Program-made: the position numbers and the translations under genes
Origin: Adineta vaga
Taxonomy: Eukaryota; Animalia; Rotifera
DNA: 64,000 nt
Assembly (NCBI GenBank): GCA_021613535.1
Contig: CP075494.1
Span: 1,426,001 to 1,490,000 of the forward strand
Direction of reading: 5' to 3'
Shown: positions 39,561 to 52,200 of the stretch, piece after piece
How the letters are laid out: every line of letters begins with the position of its first letter
Position numbering within the stretch: the stretch's first letter is position 1
Notes under the pieces: generated by a model
Database searches by the model: none
What the model was told of the DNA's origin: nothing
What the model saw: the letters and a program-made list of their open reading frames with translations, nothing else

Positions 39561-40376
39561 TGCACGACAATGAAAAAAATCTGAAACTAATATTAACATG
39601 ATGACTCTTTTATTCGTATTCATTCTTTCATTTCTTTATCACATTTACGCATCGTGATACTCAAGCACTATAATATATGAGAGATCGCTCTTTCTCATTA
39701 ACAAAACTTGGGAGTCAAAAAAGTGGACTCTGCAGGTCTTTACCTTGAATGTATTAACAAGACAGATTAAATGCTTTTTAGTTATTTTTTTTTCTAAAAG
39801 TAATAACTATCTATTTTTTGACGTTTCGGTAGGCCGTGACACACCTTCATCAGATTTTGTATTTTCGAAATTAGATCGTTTTTCTACAAACACTTATACA
39901 TATTTTTTCTTTTTTAGTATTGTCTGTTTCTTTCTCGTTCTTTTTTTTTCTTTTTTTATAGTTTGATAGTGCGTCGGCAAGACGATGATAGCTAGTTGAA
40001 ATGACTAATTTGTTGTCATTGTCTTTCGACCTATTATCAACTATAGAAAAAAAAACGAAATGAACGAGAAAGAAACATGATATTGACGTCTTCCTATGTA
40101 TGTTTATCAAAGAAATGAAAAGAATATGAAATATTTTGTATACAATGAATCTACATCGTGAACATCCAATTCATTTTAATGCATTTCTAAAGAATCAAAC
40201 GAATCCGTCATTAATCAACAAACCAAAATGATTTTTCAATGCCCATACATCATTCGCAACTTATTCCTTCTTATAAGTTAAAGATGCCATATGATAATAA
40301 AGATCTACAACAAAAATAGAATCAATATTATTTAAAATTATTTTATTGTGCGGATTATTCTTCTCTCGTAGAAGTT

Positions 40377-40450
40377 TTGATGAGGGTGTGGGTGTGGGTG
40401 GATGTGGGTATTACATCTATCTAACACCCAAACCCACACCCTCAAGATGG
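40377..40450. repeat. TLP element
   Basis: TGAGGGTGTGGGTGTGGGTGGATGTGGG-tattacatctatctaa-CACCCAAACCCACACCCTCAAGATGG; the core is the reverse complement of the core at 6111. Confidence 0.92.
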
Positions 40451-41199
40451 ATCACATACTTATGAGCAAAGGTTCTGAGAAAACACGACTTTCTCCTCAA
40501 AGAACTTTACACCACGTTTTAGTATACTGCAGTTTAGTTTTGAACTTCAGTTTGATCTATTCGGACGCTGCATCGTACACTGAGAAAAGGTTTCGGAGAA
40601 TGATAAGCCCTATGAAAACTGTTTTAGTGATACGCCCGTTAGTAGAAAACGTAGAATGAAAGAAATCAGTTTTTATAGGGTTTATAAAGTTAACGAACGG
40701 TTTAAGGGTATATAACTGCTGACATATCCTAAAAAGTTTATCAGTTTGATAAATTCTTTAAGAGGGTTTATTACTCTACGCTCATTTTTATCAATGTACT
40801 CCCTATCAAAAAGCCTCTCCTATGAGTTCGAGTTATCTCTACGGAATTGACATCGATATCTGCCATTTCCAAAAACCGTTTGCTAAAGAAAAATATTCGA
40901 CGCTTCGATCATATATTCAAGGTACTTTCTCATATCGAAAACAGATTTTCTACACAACACAAATGACAACAGTGTGCCGTGAGGTTCATCAAGACAATTA
41001 ATTTTTTCTCTTACTCGCTCTCCTCCATAGGTCATCCGGACAGTGAATTTGTTCTCTTACTCGTTCTGAAATAAACTGATCTATATGACGAAGATATAAA
41101 CCAATTTGCTAATTTCGACTTTTGGTTTTCAGCAATCGATCTAATTTCCAAAATAATGAATAAATTAATATGCTTATTATTAAAATAATTAAATAAATG

Positions 41200-41465
41200 T
41201 ACATTGCCAGTAAGTGTCCACGTATCTGTTGATCGATCATATAGTTCAACAGTTGTGGTAGTATCACTATCATTATTGCCAGAAATAACTAAGACTGGTA
41301 CATGAGTTAACTTGGACTATAGCATGATTGACTAGTGAATTCTTCATCGAACTAGTCATTTTTCACGTTTTACTTATTGGACCATATAGTTCAGCAGTTT
41401 GGAGTACATGACTAATACCTTTAAGATCAATAAGATCGGCACCACCAATCACTAATACTTTTTGA
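41200..41465 (-). pseudogene. Kelch-repeat gene remnant
   Basis: Minus strand reads KVLVIGGADLIDLKGISHVLQTAELYGP and VLVISGNNDSDTTTTVELYDRSTDTWTLTGNV, the same repeat type as 48131-49198, but disrupted. Confidence 0.7.
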
Positions 41466-42204
41466 TTATTTAAAAGAACAGTTTTATGTAAATATCGTGT
41501 ATGATGCAGATCACCAGAAAGAGACCATCTTATATAATGTTACAGAAGAATATAGTCTTTCTTTGTTGAACTCTCAAAAACAAAAATTATGATTTAAAAG
41601 TTATCTGTTTTCTTAATCGTTGTAATAATGAATGGAATCTTTTGTTTAATAATAATGAATTTAAATAAGAAAGAAATAATAATTGTTGAAATAGTTAACA
41701 TCATAAAAGAGATATAAATTATCTTAAACCAACGATACTGTGCCACCATTTCAATGGTTTATTATTCAAAGTACTGCGTTCATCGATATGCATTGTAGTA
41801 ATCTATGAAAAATGACTATGCTTGATAGACGCAAAAAACTTAATAAACAGTAAACTGATGAAATTCTTTTCTCCTATTTTAAATGTTTTATACTATTTCA
41901 TAAGAAATTGTTCTTATAACATACAACTGAAAAAAAAAGAAACGAAAATCTTGATTGACATACATATTCAAACAAATAGAAAAGTAGAGCATATATCTAT
42001 ACCATAATGAAATTAAAGAAGAGAAAAATTTAATGGAACAACATCTATCGAATGAACGAACATATTTATTTTCGATAAAAAAACTAATCTTACTATATTC
42101 ATAATTTATTCTCTGTAGTATATTAATGTTTTTTATCTGTTCAGATTCGGTTAAAAAAGGATATTCAAAGATGGTTATTTTCCAATCGATATTCATTGAA
42201 CAGT

Positions 42205-44822
42205 TCAATTGAAAGTGTAAAGGAGGAGTGGTAACATGATAATGGCTGTAATTAATAAAAGCTTACCAGCTTCCATCCATAGTTCTGTAGTAATTTCATC
42301 CAAATTATCTTGAGTACGTTGTTTTTCTGGATGATCTATAGATACCGTTTGTTCATAAATGTCCAATGCTTGTTGATAGTTTTCTTTGGCTAATCGATAT
42401 TGTTTTGAATCAGCATAATCTTTACCTAAGTTATTATAACAATGTGCTAACCATGGATGATCTAATGGTAATACTTGTCGAGCTATTTCAATTGCTTTTT
42501 TATGATAATGAATCGCATCAAGATATCGTCTTTTTGAACCGAAAATATTTCCTACACTCATGTAATATTCAATAGATTCTGGACTATTTTCAGGCATATT
42601 ATTCTCTCGACGAATGTCAAATGCGCGTTGAAAATTTTCTTGTGCTTCATCCAATTTATTTTGAGTAAAGTAACAATTACCAATATTGTCATATGTCGGT
42701 GCATATATCAAATGATTTTGATCATTGAATAACTGAGATTTTATTTTGATCGACTCGAATAGATTTGACAATGCTAGATCGATTTGACCATTCATACCAT
42801 AAGCTTTACCAAGATTATTGTAACTTATACCTAATTGTTCGTAATTGACAGAAGTGACCTTCTTTTGCAATTCAATGCTTCTTATATGATATTCAATAGC
42901 TTGTTCAAAATGACCGTTTCTACCGGCAAGTGTTCCTAATAAATCGTAACAATTATATTGATGACTGATTTGTTCCACTGATGATTGTAGTAAAGAACGA
43001 TGTAAAATTTTTTCTGCTTTTTCATATTCGCCCATATCTTCTAGTATATTAGCAAGATTAATAAGACTATTATCATCAATTTTGTGTTTCTTCAATGATT
43101 GAAATACATCATGTAATTCATAACTATTCTCATCCATTAAAATTAATTGAGCAATCCATATAGATTCTGACTGATCATAGAAAATATCGACAATTCGAAA
43201 GATTGATCCAATCATAAATAAAACTTCTTCTTCCTCTCCATGCTGACTAAAACGACTTACATCTGTATAAGGTTTTGTAATTTTATTCGGGTTCACTTGA
43301 AATTCAAATAAAATTGAATGTAAACCATGTATTTGAGCACCTGATGCATCAGTGAAAAACCGACCATTGTTGCGACTTCTTGTTGTTGAAAGAAAACTAT
43401 TAAATGATATGAATTCACCTTTATTCCTCTTTATTTGTTCTAATTCTTCGAATGAAATCGCCTGACCACGATAAACTTGAAATATATTATTATCATTATT
43501 ACTATGTTTTCGTTGGTCGTCATCATAACACTTTTTCAACAATTGATACATATGATTAATAAATGCTCGAAATACAATAATGGTATCAATATCGTATGTT
43601 CGAAGTGCTTTGTTAATAATTGAGTAAAAGAATTGCTCTTTAGTATACCACCAAATCGCATGTTCAGGCTCTAAATACATCGATCAGATGTGCATTTATC
43701 AGGACATTTTTTTTGAAATGAGATGAAAAACTTGAACTATCTCTAGGAATCTTTCGAATCGATTTCTTTCTCATGTTCTATTAAAGTTGTTGGGACGTAA
43801 TAGAAACACTCCAGAAATTATAAACGGTGGGCATATTAGAAGCTCCCGATGGGGTTTCTAATGTGGGAAGGGATTTACACAATCGCGAGTGATGAGAAAA
43901 ATTTTATTTTAAATGCTTTGAGAAGACCTTTCTAACGAAGATAAATATTCTTTTGTATTTCTAAACTTCTCACATGGATTAAATTGTATTTGTATTCTAC
44001 TTACCGTAATTTGTTTCGAAATCATTGATTGTTTTAAACTGAGCATCATTTTCACGAAAATACTGACGTAATGCTTCTGATAATTCTTTTATTGCTTGAT
44101 GACTCTCTTCATCAGTTACTGGTTCGTTACAAAAAAGTTCAATTACTAATTGAAACCAAAGAAATTGTCCATTTTGTTTTGTTAGTATTTTTTGTTGTTG
44201 TATCCTTTTTGCCACATCCTTATTTCTACTAAGAAATGTTATTGGAGTTGTTGAAAATGTATTTAGAAATTTTTGGTCATTGGTCAGTTTTGTTAACAGA
44301 TGGTCACTATTATTGAAAACACCACGAATCTAATAATAATAAATATATACAGTCGCTTATTTCAAATAAACTATAATATATCAGAGAAAATTCTCAATAA
44401 ACTTCAGAAAAATAAATGAAATACTTTGTTCATAATCGTATAGTTTTTTCTGTTCGTTTTACCTTTGGAAATTGTTTCACCCAACTTTCATGTTCTTGTT
44501 CATTCATGCAATAGATATAGACTGAACGTAATTGTGTTAGACCGTGTAATTTTGACACAATCTCTTTGCCGTAAGTACCAGAAGAAATCAAAACAATATG
44601 TTCTTGTTGATCAACACTTTGTATATAATATTCACAGGCATCTACTTGATCAAATACCTTTATAAAATTAATAATTGATCTTAACTGTTGTCGACTTGGT
44701 TGTATTAGATTACAATTAACAGTTGACACTTGTTCGTTTTGTTGTTCATACACGTGCTTATCTAGCCAAACTAATGTAACGATTTCTAAATTTTTCATTT
44801 CCTGTTGATGTTGTTCGGTCAT
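42205..44822 (-). CDS. R-S-E class ADP-ribosyltransferase + TPR protein with N-terminal receiver-like domain
   Basis: Exons ~44822-44463, ~44330-44006, ~43672-42205. Motifs: LVWLD..LISSG..SVYIYC, AIWWYT, VYRGQ, FLSTT, EEEEVLF, about 6 TPRs (YNNLG), and a hydrophobic C-terminal tail. Confidence 0.9.
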
Positions 44823-45164
44823 TGCGAATAAAATTACAAATTACAGATACACTCTATACTTGAAATGATTGCTTTCATATATACACGATGTACTTGGCTT
44901 TTTCCAACCAACGTAAATTCAACTCGGCGCTTGCTGTTTACATTTACAACCTTTAATAGATTTACTTGATAGAATGACAACGAGAGTAAAAGAATGCAAA
45001 ATGCATCCATTTTTTCTTTCCTTTTCTTCTAGAAAGGATTTTTTCTTTCCTGTGAAAGAGGATATGAGAGTGTGTACTAGCTGTCATTACTAGTTTCGTT
45101 CCTGTTAAGGGTATCCCCTCTTTTTCGACATTTTCTAGAACTCGAAAACGGCAAAGCCGATCGC

Positions 45165-45223
45165 GTGTGAGTGAGGTAGATTCTTACTGTATCTTCACTC
45201 ACACTCACATTCACACCCTCAAG
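45165..45223. repeat. TLP element
   Basis: GTGTGAGTGAGG-tagattcttactgtatctt-CACTCACACTCACATTCACACCCTCAAG. Confidence 0.85.
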
Positions 45224-45724
45224 AATTAAAGTTATGTTCGTTCGCAATAATTGAAAACAAAACCGTAGAGGATTCTTGTAGTTAGATCATCAACTGAACA
45301 TTTAAAAAAATGTCGTCCTCTCTATTGATCAATCCTAGATGTCAATCAAACATTTTAAAAATAGTGAACAAACTCCCCATGCAGTTTTTTATCTGTCAAT
45401 ACTGCTGCCGTGATATGGTTCAAATTTTCAATAGTGCAGATCAAAAACTCTTTGCTTCAAAACGGGGCTCTTCAAATCAGTTGAGAATCTGACCGGCTTT
45501 AGATTTCGACCTGAAAATGTTGAATCCAATGAGCTTCATTCGAAGATGAATATTCAACGAAGACGATGACATATGTGTTTCTTCAGATGTACATTTCTCT
45601 CATTAGTTACAAATTATTCTCTGATCTGCACAAATATTAAATTACAAAACATGAGCTCTATACAAAATTATGAATCTTGTTTTGTTGAATAGCATGGCAT
45701 AAAAACTTACTCTCTCACTATTTT

Positions 45725-45808
45725 CCATCTTGAGGGGTGTGGGTGTGGAGGAGGGTAAGACTCTTCTCTTCACACCCTCACCCACCGGCAACACCTACAC
45801 CACACTCT
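45725..45808. repeat. TLP element
   Basis: CCATCTTGAGGGGTGTGGGTGTGG...CACACCCTCACCCACC..CACCTACACCACACTCT. Confidence 0.85.
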
Positions 45809-45903
45809 CTTGCGTATTTCGATCACGCAGCTTTTTCTATTTCAGTGAGTATTTTTGTTATTTTACGTATTGTTATTATCGTTTGGTTCTTTCGAGTTTC
45901 ATA

Positions 45904-46024
45904 TAGACATGCACCAAACCCAAACCCAAGCCCAAACCCAAGCCCAAACTCAAACTCAAACTCAAACTCAAACACAATACCCAAACTCACCAAACCCAAA
46001 CAGTTTGGGTTTGGTGCATGTCTA
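45904..46024. mobile_element. 121 bp hAT-type MITE
   Basis: Perfect 22 bp TIRs TAGACATGCACCAAACCCAAAC / GTTTGGGTTTGGTGCATGTCTA, an internal (CCCAAA/CTCAAA)n array, and an 8 bp TSD GTTTCATA / GTTCCATA (7/8 match). Confidence 0.9.
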
Positions 46025-46945
46025 GTTCCATATACACATCGAAAACGAATGGAAATTAATGATAGAAAATATCGAGCATCAGTATTCGAAATGACAAATA
46101 AGAAAAATCATTAATTCTTTGTTTTTTTGTGATAAACAATGTAAAAGATTAAATAGATCTCGATTTGATTTGACTCTTTCTTATTAAATTAATTGATTGA
46201 TATTCTTTTTTCTTTTCGTATTTTAATCTTAATTCTAATAATAATTTTCTATGTTTCATTAGGATGAGGATATGCTTTCTTCTTGGACAAGCTCGTCCAC
46301 ACCCACACATTATTATCGAGTCTTTGTTTTCATGAAAGAGAAAGAAGAAGCAAACAAATGTCGTATATGAATTGGGTATTTTCTATTAGTCTTATGTGGG
46401 GAAAATAGAAGAGAAAAAGAATAACTATAATTGAGAAAGTGGGAAATAACGAACATATCGCTTGTCTATATATATATATATTAGGTGAATTAGATATATT
46501 GGATGTTAACAAACTTGGATCATTACTAAATTACATAGTCCAGTTATATTCTAAAGAGAAAAGATTGTATATTGTAAACGTAGAGTTCGCTTTAACAGAA
46601 TAAACTTGTTTTCATAATTTCAAATTGAAAAGGTATTTAAATATGTTGGAGAGTTTTATGAGATTAATTTCTTCCGTCTTATTCATCGAAAAAAATGTTT
46701 TTCAGAGTGTCTCGCCACTGTAGTTTAGTTTTTTCTTACAAAAACAAAGCTCACAGTGGGTTTTTTCCAATTGATATTTGTTCCTTTTTTTCTTTCTGTT
46801 CTTTGGGTATATAAATGATACAACATTATTGACTCAAATTATTTTTTGCGCCACATTCTACTGATGAATGTCAGGTTTTTTTATACGATGGATATAATTT
46901 TATAAATTGTTCTTTTTTTTAGACTATAACATTCAATTCTTACAT

Positions 46946-47416
46946 ATGGCTTTCCTAAAACGTCTCAATCTACAGTATCAACAATTTTTAAAAGATCCAG
47001 CTCCATCATGCTGTGCCCAACCCAAAGATCTTGAGAACGATCCTACTCATTGGATTGCATATATTGATGGTCCACAACAAACACCATATGCAAATGGACG
47101 ATTTCATCTTACCATTGATTTTTCATGTGATTATCCATTTAAACCACCTACTGTTCGTTTCATTACGCCAATCTATCATCCAAATATTAGTACAAAAGGT
47201 GAAATATGTTTAGATATTCTTCATTCACAATGGTCTCCAGCATTGAGTATTCGTGCTTTATTATTATCGATTAGTTCATTAATAACTGATCCAAATCTTG
47301 ATCATGGATTAAATCGTGAAGCATTGAAATATTATCAAACAGATATACAGCAATTTGAAGCAATAGCGAGTCAATGGACAAAAGAATATGCTTCAAAGGA
47401 ATTCAATCTGAAATGA
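46946..47416 (+). CDS. Ubiquitin-conjugating enzyme E2 (UBC4/UBE2D/E-like), intronless CDS
   Basis: MAFLKRL..GPQQTPY..G.F.L.I.F..DYPFKPP.V.F.T.IYHPNI..GEICLDILHSQWSPAL. Confidence 0.93.
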   Translation: MAFLKRLNLQYQQFLKDPAPSCCAQPKDLENDPTHWIAYIDGPQQTPYANGRFHLTIDFSCDYPFKPPTVRFITPIYHPNISTKGEICLDILHSQWSPALSIRALLLSISSLITDPNLDHGLNREALKYYQTDIQQFEAIASQWTKEYASKEFNLK

Positions 47417-48130
47417 CTCATTTTACCTTCAAGATGTCAATTAGATAATTGAAGTGTATACGTATTTTTTAAAACTCCTATACGTTGTACGTTGCGGTAT
47501 GGTGAGATGATTTTTATTCTAAATTTAAAATAAATGGCATTAGATCTAGAAATATTCTTCGGAGAATATTCAATTTATATCATATGTCTACTAATCTAGG
47601 AAAACTTACGAATAAGTGGTTAATATGTACCATACCTTAAGAACTTTTAGTTACCTTTGAGACAGAAAAATTAAAAAGAAGGGTGATGGTAGATGACGGT
47701 CGACGTACCAGTAAAAAAAATATATCGTCACCCATTCACACATTTCTGTTCATTTTAATCTTTGCTGGTAACATACGAAGATAAGAAAAGTAGTCATGAA
47801 TAGAAAAACTGACAAGCAATAAGCCATTAAATTAAGATATTATTGCCAAGGATAACTAATACAAGCTAATGTAAATGGACTGACATAGAATGGAAGTTGG
47901 TTTTGTAAGACTTTCTAGTAACTATTTTTTCTATATTTCGACGTAACAGTTTGATTAAACACTCATGAAAAAATTATTACAATGAAGAAAATTTGCTTGA
48001 ATGTTTCTTTATTTTATGATGGATAGTAATTTACTATGAAGCATTTATAATAAACTAATATGATTAAAATATTGAAAACTTCAAGAATCAATAGTCTGTA
48101 AAATTGAAAATAGAAAATGTTGATTCGTTC

Positions 48131-49713
48131 TTATCCATAGAGTTCAGCAGTATTTAATACAGTGCTACCATTTTGGCCACCACTAACCAGAACTACTCCA
48201 TTCGATAATATAGATGCTGTATGCCAATATCTTCCAATAGTCATATTTTCTACCGTTATCCAATTATTAGTTGAAAGATTATACCATACAGCATTGTTCC
48301 AAGAGATTATTCCATTCCAACCACCCATAACCAAAACATTTCCATTTTGTAATACTGTCGCTGCATGAGAGCCTCGTGCAAGAGTCATATTTGGTGTATT
48401 TGTCCATGTACCTGTTGACGGATCATAGATTTCTGCACTATTCAGATAACCAGTATCACTGTATCCGCCAATAACTAAGACCTTACCATTTGGTAATACT
48501 GATGCTGTATGAAGATATCTTGCGACAGTCATATTTCCGGTACTTATCCAAATGTCTGTTGATGGATCATATAGTTCAGCACTGTTCAAATAAATACCGT
48601 TAAATCCACCAGTGACTAAGACCTTACCATTTAATAAGACAGATGCTGTGTGATAACCTCGTGCAACAGTCATATTTCCTGTTTTCATCCACATGCCTGT
48701 TGATGGGTCATATAATTCAGTACTTCTCGAATAACCAGTATTATATCCGCTAGTAATTAATACTTTTCCATTTGGCAAAAGAGATGCGGTGTGATAACCA
48801 CGTGCAATACTCATATTTGCTGTCTTTGACCATGTTCCTGTTGAAGGATCATAGATTTCGGCACTGTTCAAATAAACAGTACCATTGTATCCGCCAATAA
48901 CTATCACCTTACCATTTAGTAATACTGATACTGCATGATAAACCCGTACAAAACTCATATTTCCAGTACTTATCCAAATGCCTGTTGATGGATCATATAG
49001 TTCAGCACTGTCCAAATGAACACCGTTAAATCCACCAGTGACTAAGACTTTGTCATTTGATAATACGGATGCTGTGTGATATTTTCGTGTAAAGCTCATA
49101 TTTCCTGTTGTTATCCGTCCTAAACAAGGCAAGAATAGAGATTCACAAAATAATCTATGAAAACTAGATAGGATGGACATATAACAACCGGTTGTCACCT
49201 GAAACTGAATGAAATATACAATCCTATTTTGAAACGCTCATGAAGATTGACAGAAGAAAGCAGAACACAAAATATCATCACTTCACAAATCGAACATCAT
49301 TAGGCATATCACTCACCTTTCCAATTTGTTGATGCGGTGTTTGATTCTATAACAGAAATGAACGATCAAGACAAGAAAAAAAAATGTCCACAAAAATTTC
49401 TCTCAACGAACAACTTACGAAACATTGTTGACACAATGGATTGATTTGTATATATCACCAAAACACTATCACTTAATTCCAGATCAATCGAAGTCAAATT
49501 CGAAGAAAATAATTCACATGTTTGACTTGTCGAAAAATAATTCAATGCAGAAATTGAATCTATTAATTTCATCATTTGACAGATGCATTGTTGTTGTGTT
49601 TGATTGAACAAGGTTCGCTGAACGTTGCCAATCAATTTGGCATCATCGATTTTATTCAAAGAAATGCAAAAACCGAGAGAAAATGTTGTGAGAAGAATAA
49701 CTATTCCAAGCAT
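48131..49713 (-). CDS. Secreted PAN/apple-like domain + kelch-repeat beta-propeller protein
   Basis: Signal plus Cys domain exon 49713-~49420, a small exon near 49320-49350, and 7 kelch repeats (R.YHTASVL.NGKVLV.GG..LNSAELYDPSTG.W). Confidence 0.88.
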
Positions 49714-50058
49714 CTTTTTCTTTATGAAGATCTTTTTGCAACTGTTGTCAAACTAAAGATTCAACACTTTTCTTCTCTATTTTTTAAAGTATATAAAAGG
49801 TTTCACAGAATATTTCTTTTTGTTCAATGTCTATTTGTAATAATGGTGAAGAATGAAGAGAAGAGAAAATATGTTAGTAAAGTGTTTTAAAGAATTGGTT
49901 TTCAAAACCTTCTGTGATGTTGTCAAAGAAAGTAGAATAAAAATAAATTCTGCAATAGTTAACTCATTGAACTTTTAGAATACATGTAAAGAATGAAAAC
50001 TACGATAGATAAATGACATACGTTGAAATAGAGTAAAATAGAATCTTTATAAATTCGA

Positions 50059-50297
50059 ATGGGTATGAGTGTAGTTGTTTCTTACTGTATTTTCATCTAC
50101 ACCTTAATATCCATTAGTTCTGTAAATCAAAACTATGATTTAAAATTGTAGTATCATTGCTAAAAAGTCAAATATACATACGTACATCATGACATGATTT
50201 ACAAGCGGAACAAATTTTGATTGGACAAATGTGTGTGTGTGTATGGCTGAGGAGAATAAAGACATCCTTACTCTCAGAGACCTTCACACCCACACCC
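50059..50297. repeat. Two degenerate TLP elements
   Basis: 50059-50105 (core TTCTTACTGTAT shared with 45165) and 50230-50297 (ends CTTCACACCCACACCC). Confidence 0.6.
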
Positions 50298-50414
50298 GAA
50301 ACGGTTTGCTAACTTATTGAGAAATAACAATCGACAAAAAATAGAATTCAAATTAAATGAAAATCATTCACTATAAAAATAGGTGAAGTTCATTTCCACA
50401 TGAAGAATAAGGAA

Positions 50415-51659
50415 TTATTGATAAATAATGTTCGATTGAACTCCACTTTGTTTTTGATTTTTCAAATCATCAAGATCGATACCTAAGAAACAACAATCTA
50501 GGTTGCCTTTGTTTGGACATAAATGTGATTTGAACCACCATTCCGATTCAGGTAATAAACCAGGATGATTGTCTGTAACTCGTACCATCAAACCTGTACA
50601 GATTATTGTCGCATTTGGATCATTAAAATCTACTATAGAATTATCTGCAGTTTTGATAATCCATTCAATAACATCGTTTTTTATGTTTGAGTCAATATTC
50701 GCACTGGAAGCTTTCAGTGTTTCCTTACCAATTTTTATAATATGATCAGGATGAACACGACATTGTAATACAAATTGAATATAATTACCCTCTTTAAAAA
50801 ATTCTTTTTCTTCAGTCGATTCAATATGTTTCACTTCCGAATATCTTGGATGAGACGCATAAATAATCGATGGAGTTGCATAAATTCCTGGACCATGTTC
50901 AGCATGTTTTGCCGGTGCTAATCCACTCAATAAAATTGATAGACCATAGGTAAATCTCGTTCCATGATAACATATAGACCATCCATTGAATTTTTGAACG
51001 AAATTGTCAGTTACATAAAACGAATATCGTTTCCATCCAATTGGACAATAATATGGATAAGGACCACGATCTCTTCCATCATTCAGTGTACCTATCCAAT
51101 ATGTACGATTTTCCTTATAAATTCGATTCGAATCTGAATGTAATTGAATCTCATTACGAATTTTTTGTTTTTCATCGAATGTTTCAATATCGCCCATAAA
51201 CATAAAAATAACTTTTAATTCGCCGAATGCTCGTTTTACTGTATCTGTCAACGACTGGTATAGAGATTTGATTGAAATTTTTTTTAATTTACCAGAAATA
51301 TTTTTGAAAATCTCGAATACTATTTTGACACAACCTATTTGTATTTTTCGTATAACAATATCATCTGTATCCAATATTTTGCAAATCTTATTTAAAAATA
51401 TCTTTTCATCCAATTCATTTAAATCTTGATCCACAACACATACTAATAATATTGATGTTAATTCAAAATCATCATTTAATAAATTATCCGAAATAGAGAT
51501 CAGTGGCATTTGTGTTATATTGAAATAACGTTTACATTTTTCATAGTAAGCGTCTTCTTCTACTGGTATGCGTTCTTCGGATAAAATATTTTCTTCTTCA
51601 TGAGGTCTATCTATTGTTTCTGCTGAAGAAAATAGAATAGTATGATTTGTTGATTTCAT
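50415..51659 (-). CDS. Protein with C-terminal H-Y-E (PARP-like, NEURL4-type) ADP-ribosyltransferase-fold domain
   Basis: CPIGWKRYS..CYHGT..GPGIYATPSIIYA..YIQFVLQCRVHP..IEW. A short 5' exon may exist upstream. Confidence 0.72.
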   Translation of the reverse strand: MKSTNHTILFSSAETIDRPHEEENILSEERIPVEEDAYYEKCKRYFNITQMPLISISDNLLNDDFELTSILLVCVVDQDLNELDEKIFLNKICKILDTDDIVIRKIQIGCVKIVFEIFKNISGKLKKISIKSLYQSLTDTVKRAFGELKVIFMFMGDIETFDEKQKIRNEIQLHSDSNRIYKENRTYWIGTLNDGRDRGPYPYYCPIGWKRYSFYVTDNFVQKFNGWSICYHGTRFTYGLSILLSGLAPAKHAEHGPGIYATPSIIYASHPRYSEVKHIESTEEKEFFKEGNYIQFVLQCRVHPDHIIKIGKETLKASSANIDSNIKNDVIEWIIKTADNSIVDFNDPNATIICTGLMVRVTDNHPGLLPESEWWFKSHLCPNKGNLDCCFLGIDLDDLKNQKQSGVQSNIIYQ

Positions 51660-52090
51660 TCATTGATTTAGAGAGAAATTATGAGAAAGTTTACTCTCTA
51701 GTGGAAATGAATCAAAGATATTTGAAATTCAAAAAAAAAATGTGGTCATTTTTTCATAAATTCTCTCATGACTTGTTCTTTATTATTTACCTTGATTGTT
51801 GATAATTTGTTGATCAGTCTCGGATGGAATTGTGTCTAAAACAATTCATAGCATCAAAAACGAATGTTCGATGATAGTGATGACTTGAAAAGATAACCTA
51901 TGTCACTCCTTTTTTTAGGGACTCCGGCACAGTTATCGTATTTCTCCAAATTATCTATTGGATGATTTTCGATAATAACGGTTATTATTGTTAATGAAGT
52001 ATAAAAGAACATGTAATAGAGATTCAAACTCATTTTTTCGATTTTGAACTACCCGATCACTTGATCGTTACTTCACCTGTCAATTTCAAA

Positions 52091-52151
52091 AGGTAAGTGT
52101 GGGTAGGTGTTGGTACTGCTAAGAATTGCGCCCTAATTGGTCCCCACCCAC
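52091..52151. repeat. TLP element (degenerate)
   Basis: AGGTAAGTGTGGGTAGGTGT...CCCCACCCAC, 50 bp beyond the stop of 52201-53049. Confidence 0.5.
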
Positions 52152-52200
52152 TTTTGTATATCATACGGTTACTATCATATTGTCAGTGAATTAAAATCTT

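Noticed and set aside
41888-42208. 106 aa ORF abutting the ART-TPR stop
   Set aside because: It may be a decayed gene fragment, but no family could be supported.
45737-46114. ORF with PNPSPNSNS repeats
   Set aside because: It spans a TLP element and the MITE hexamer array.
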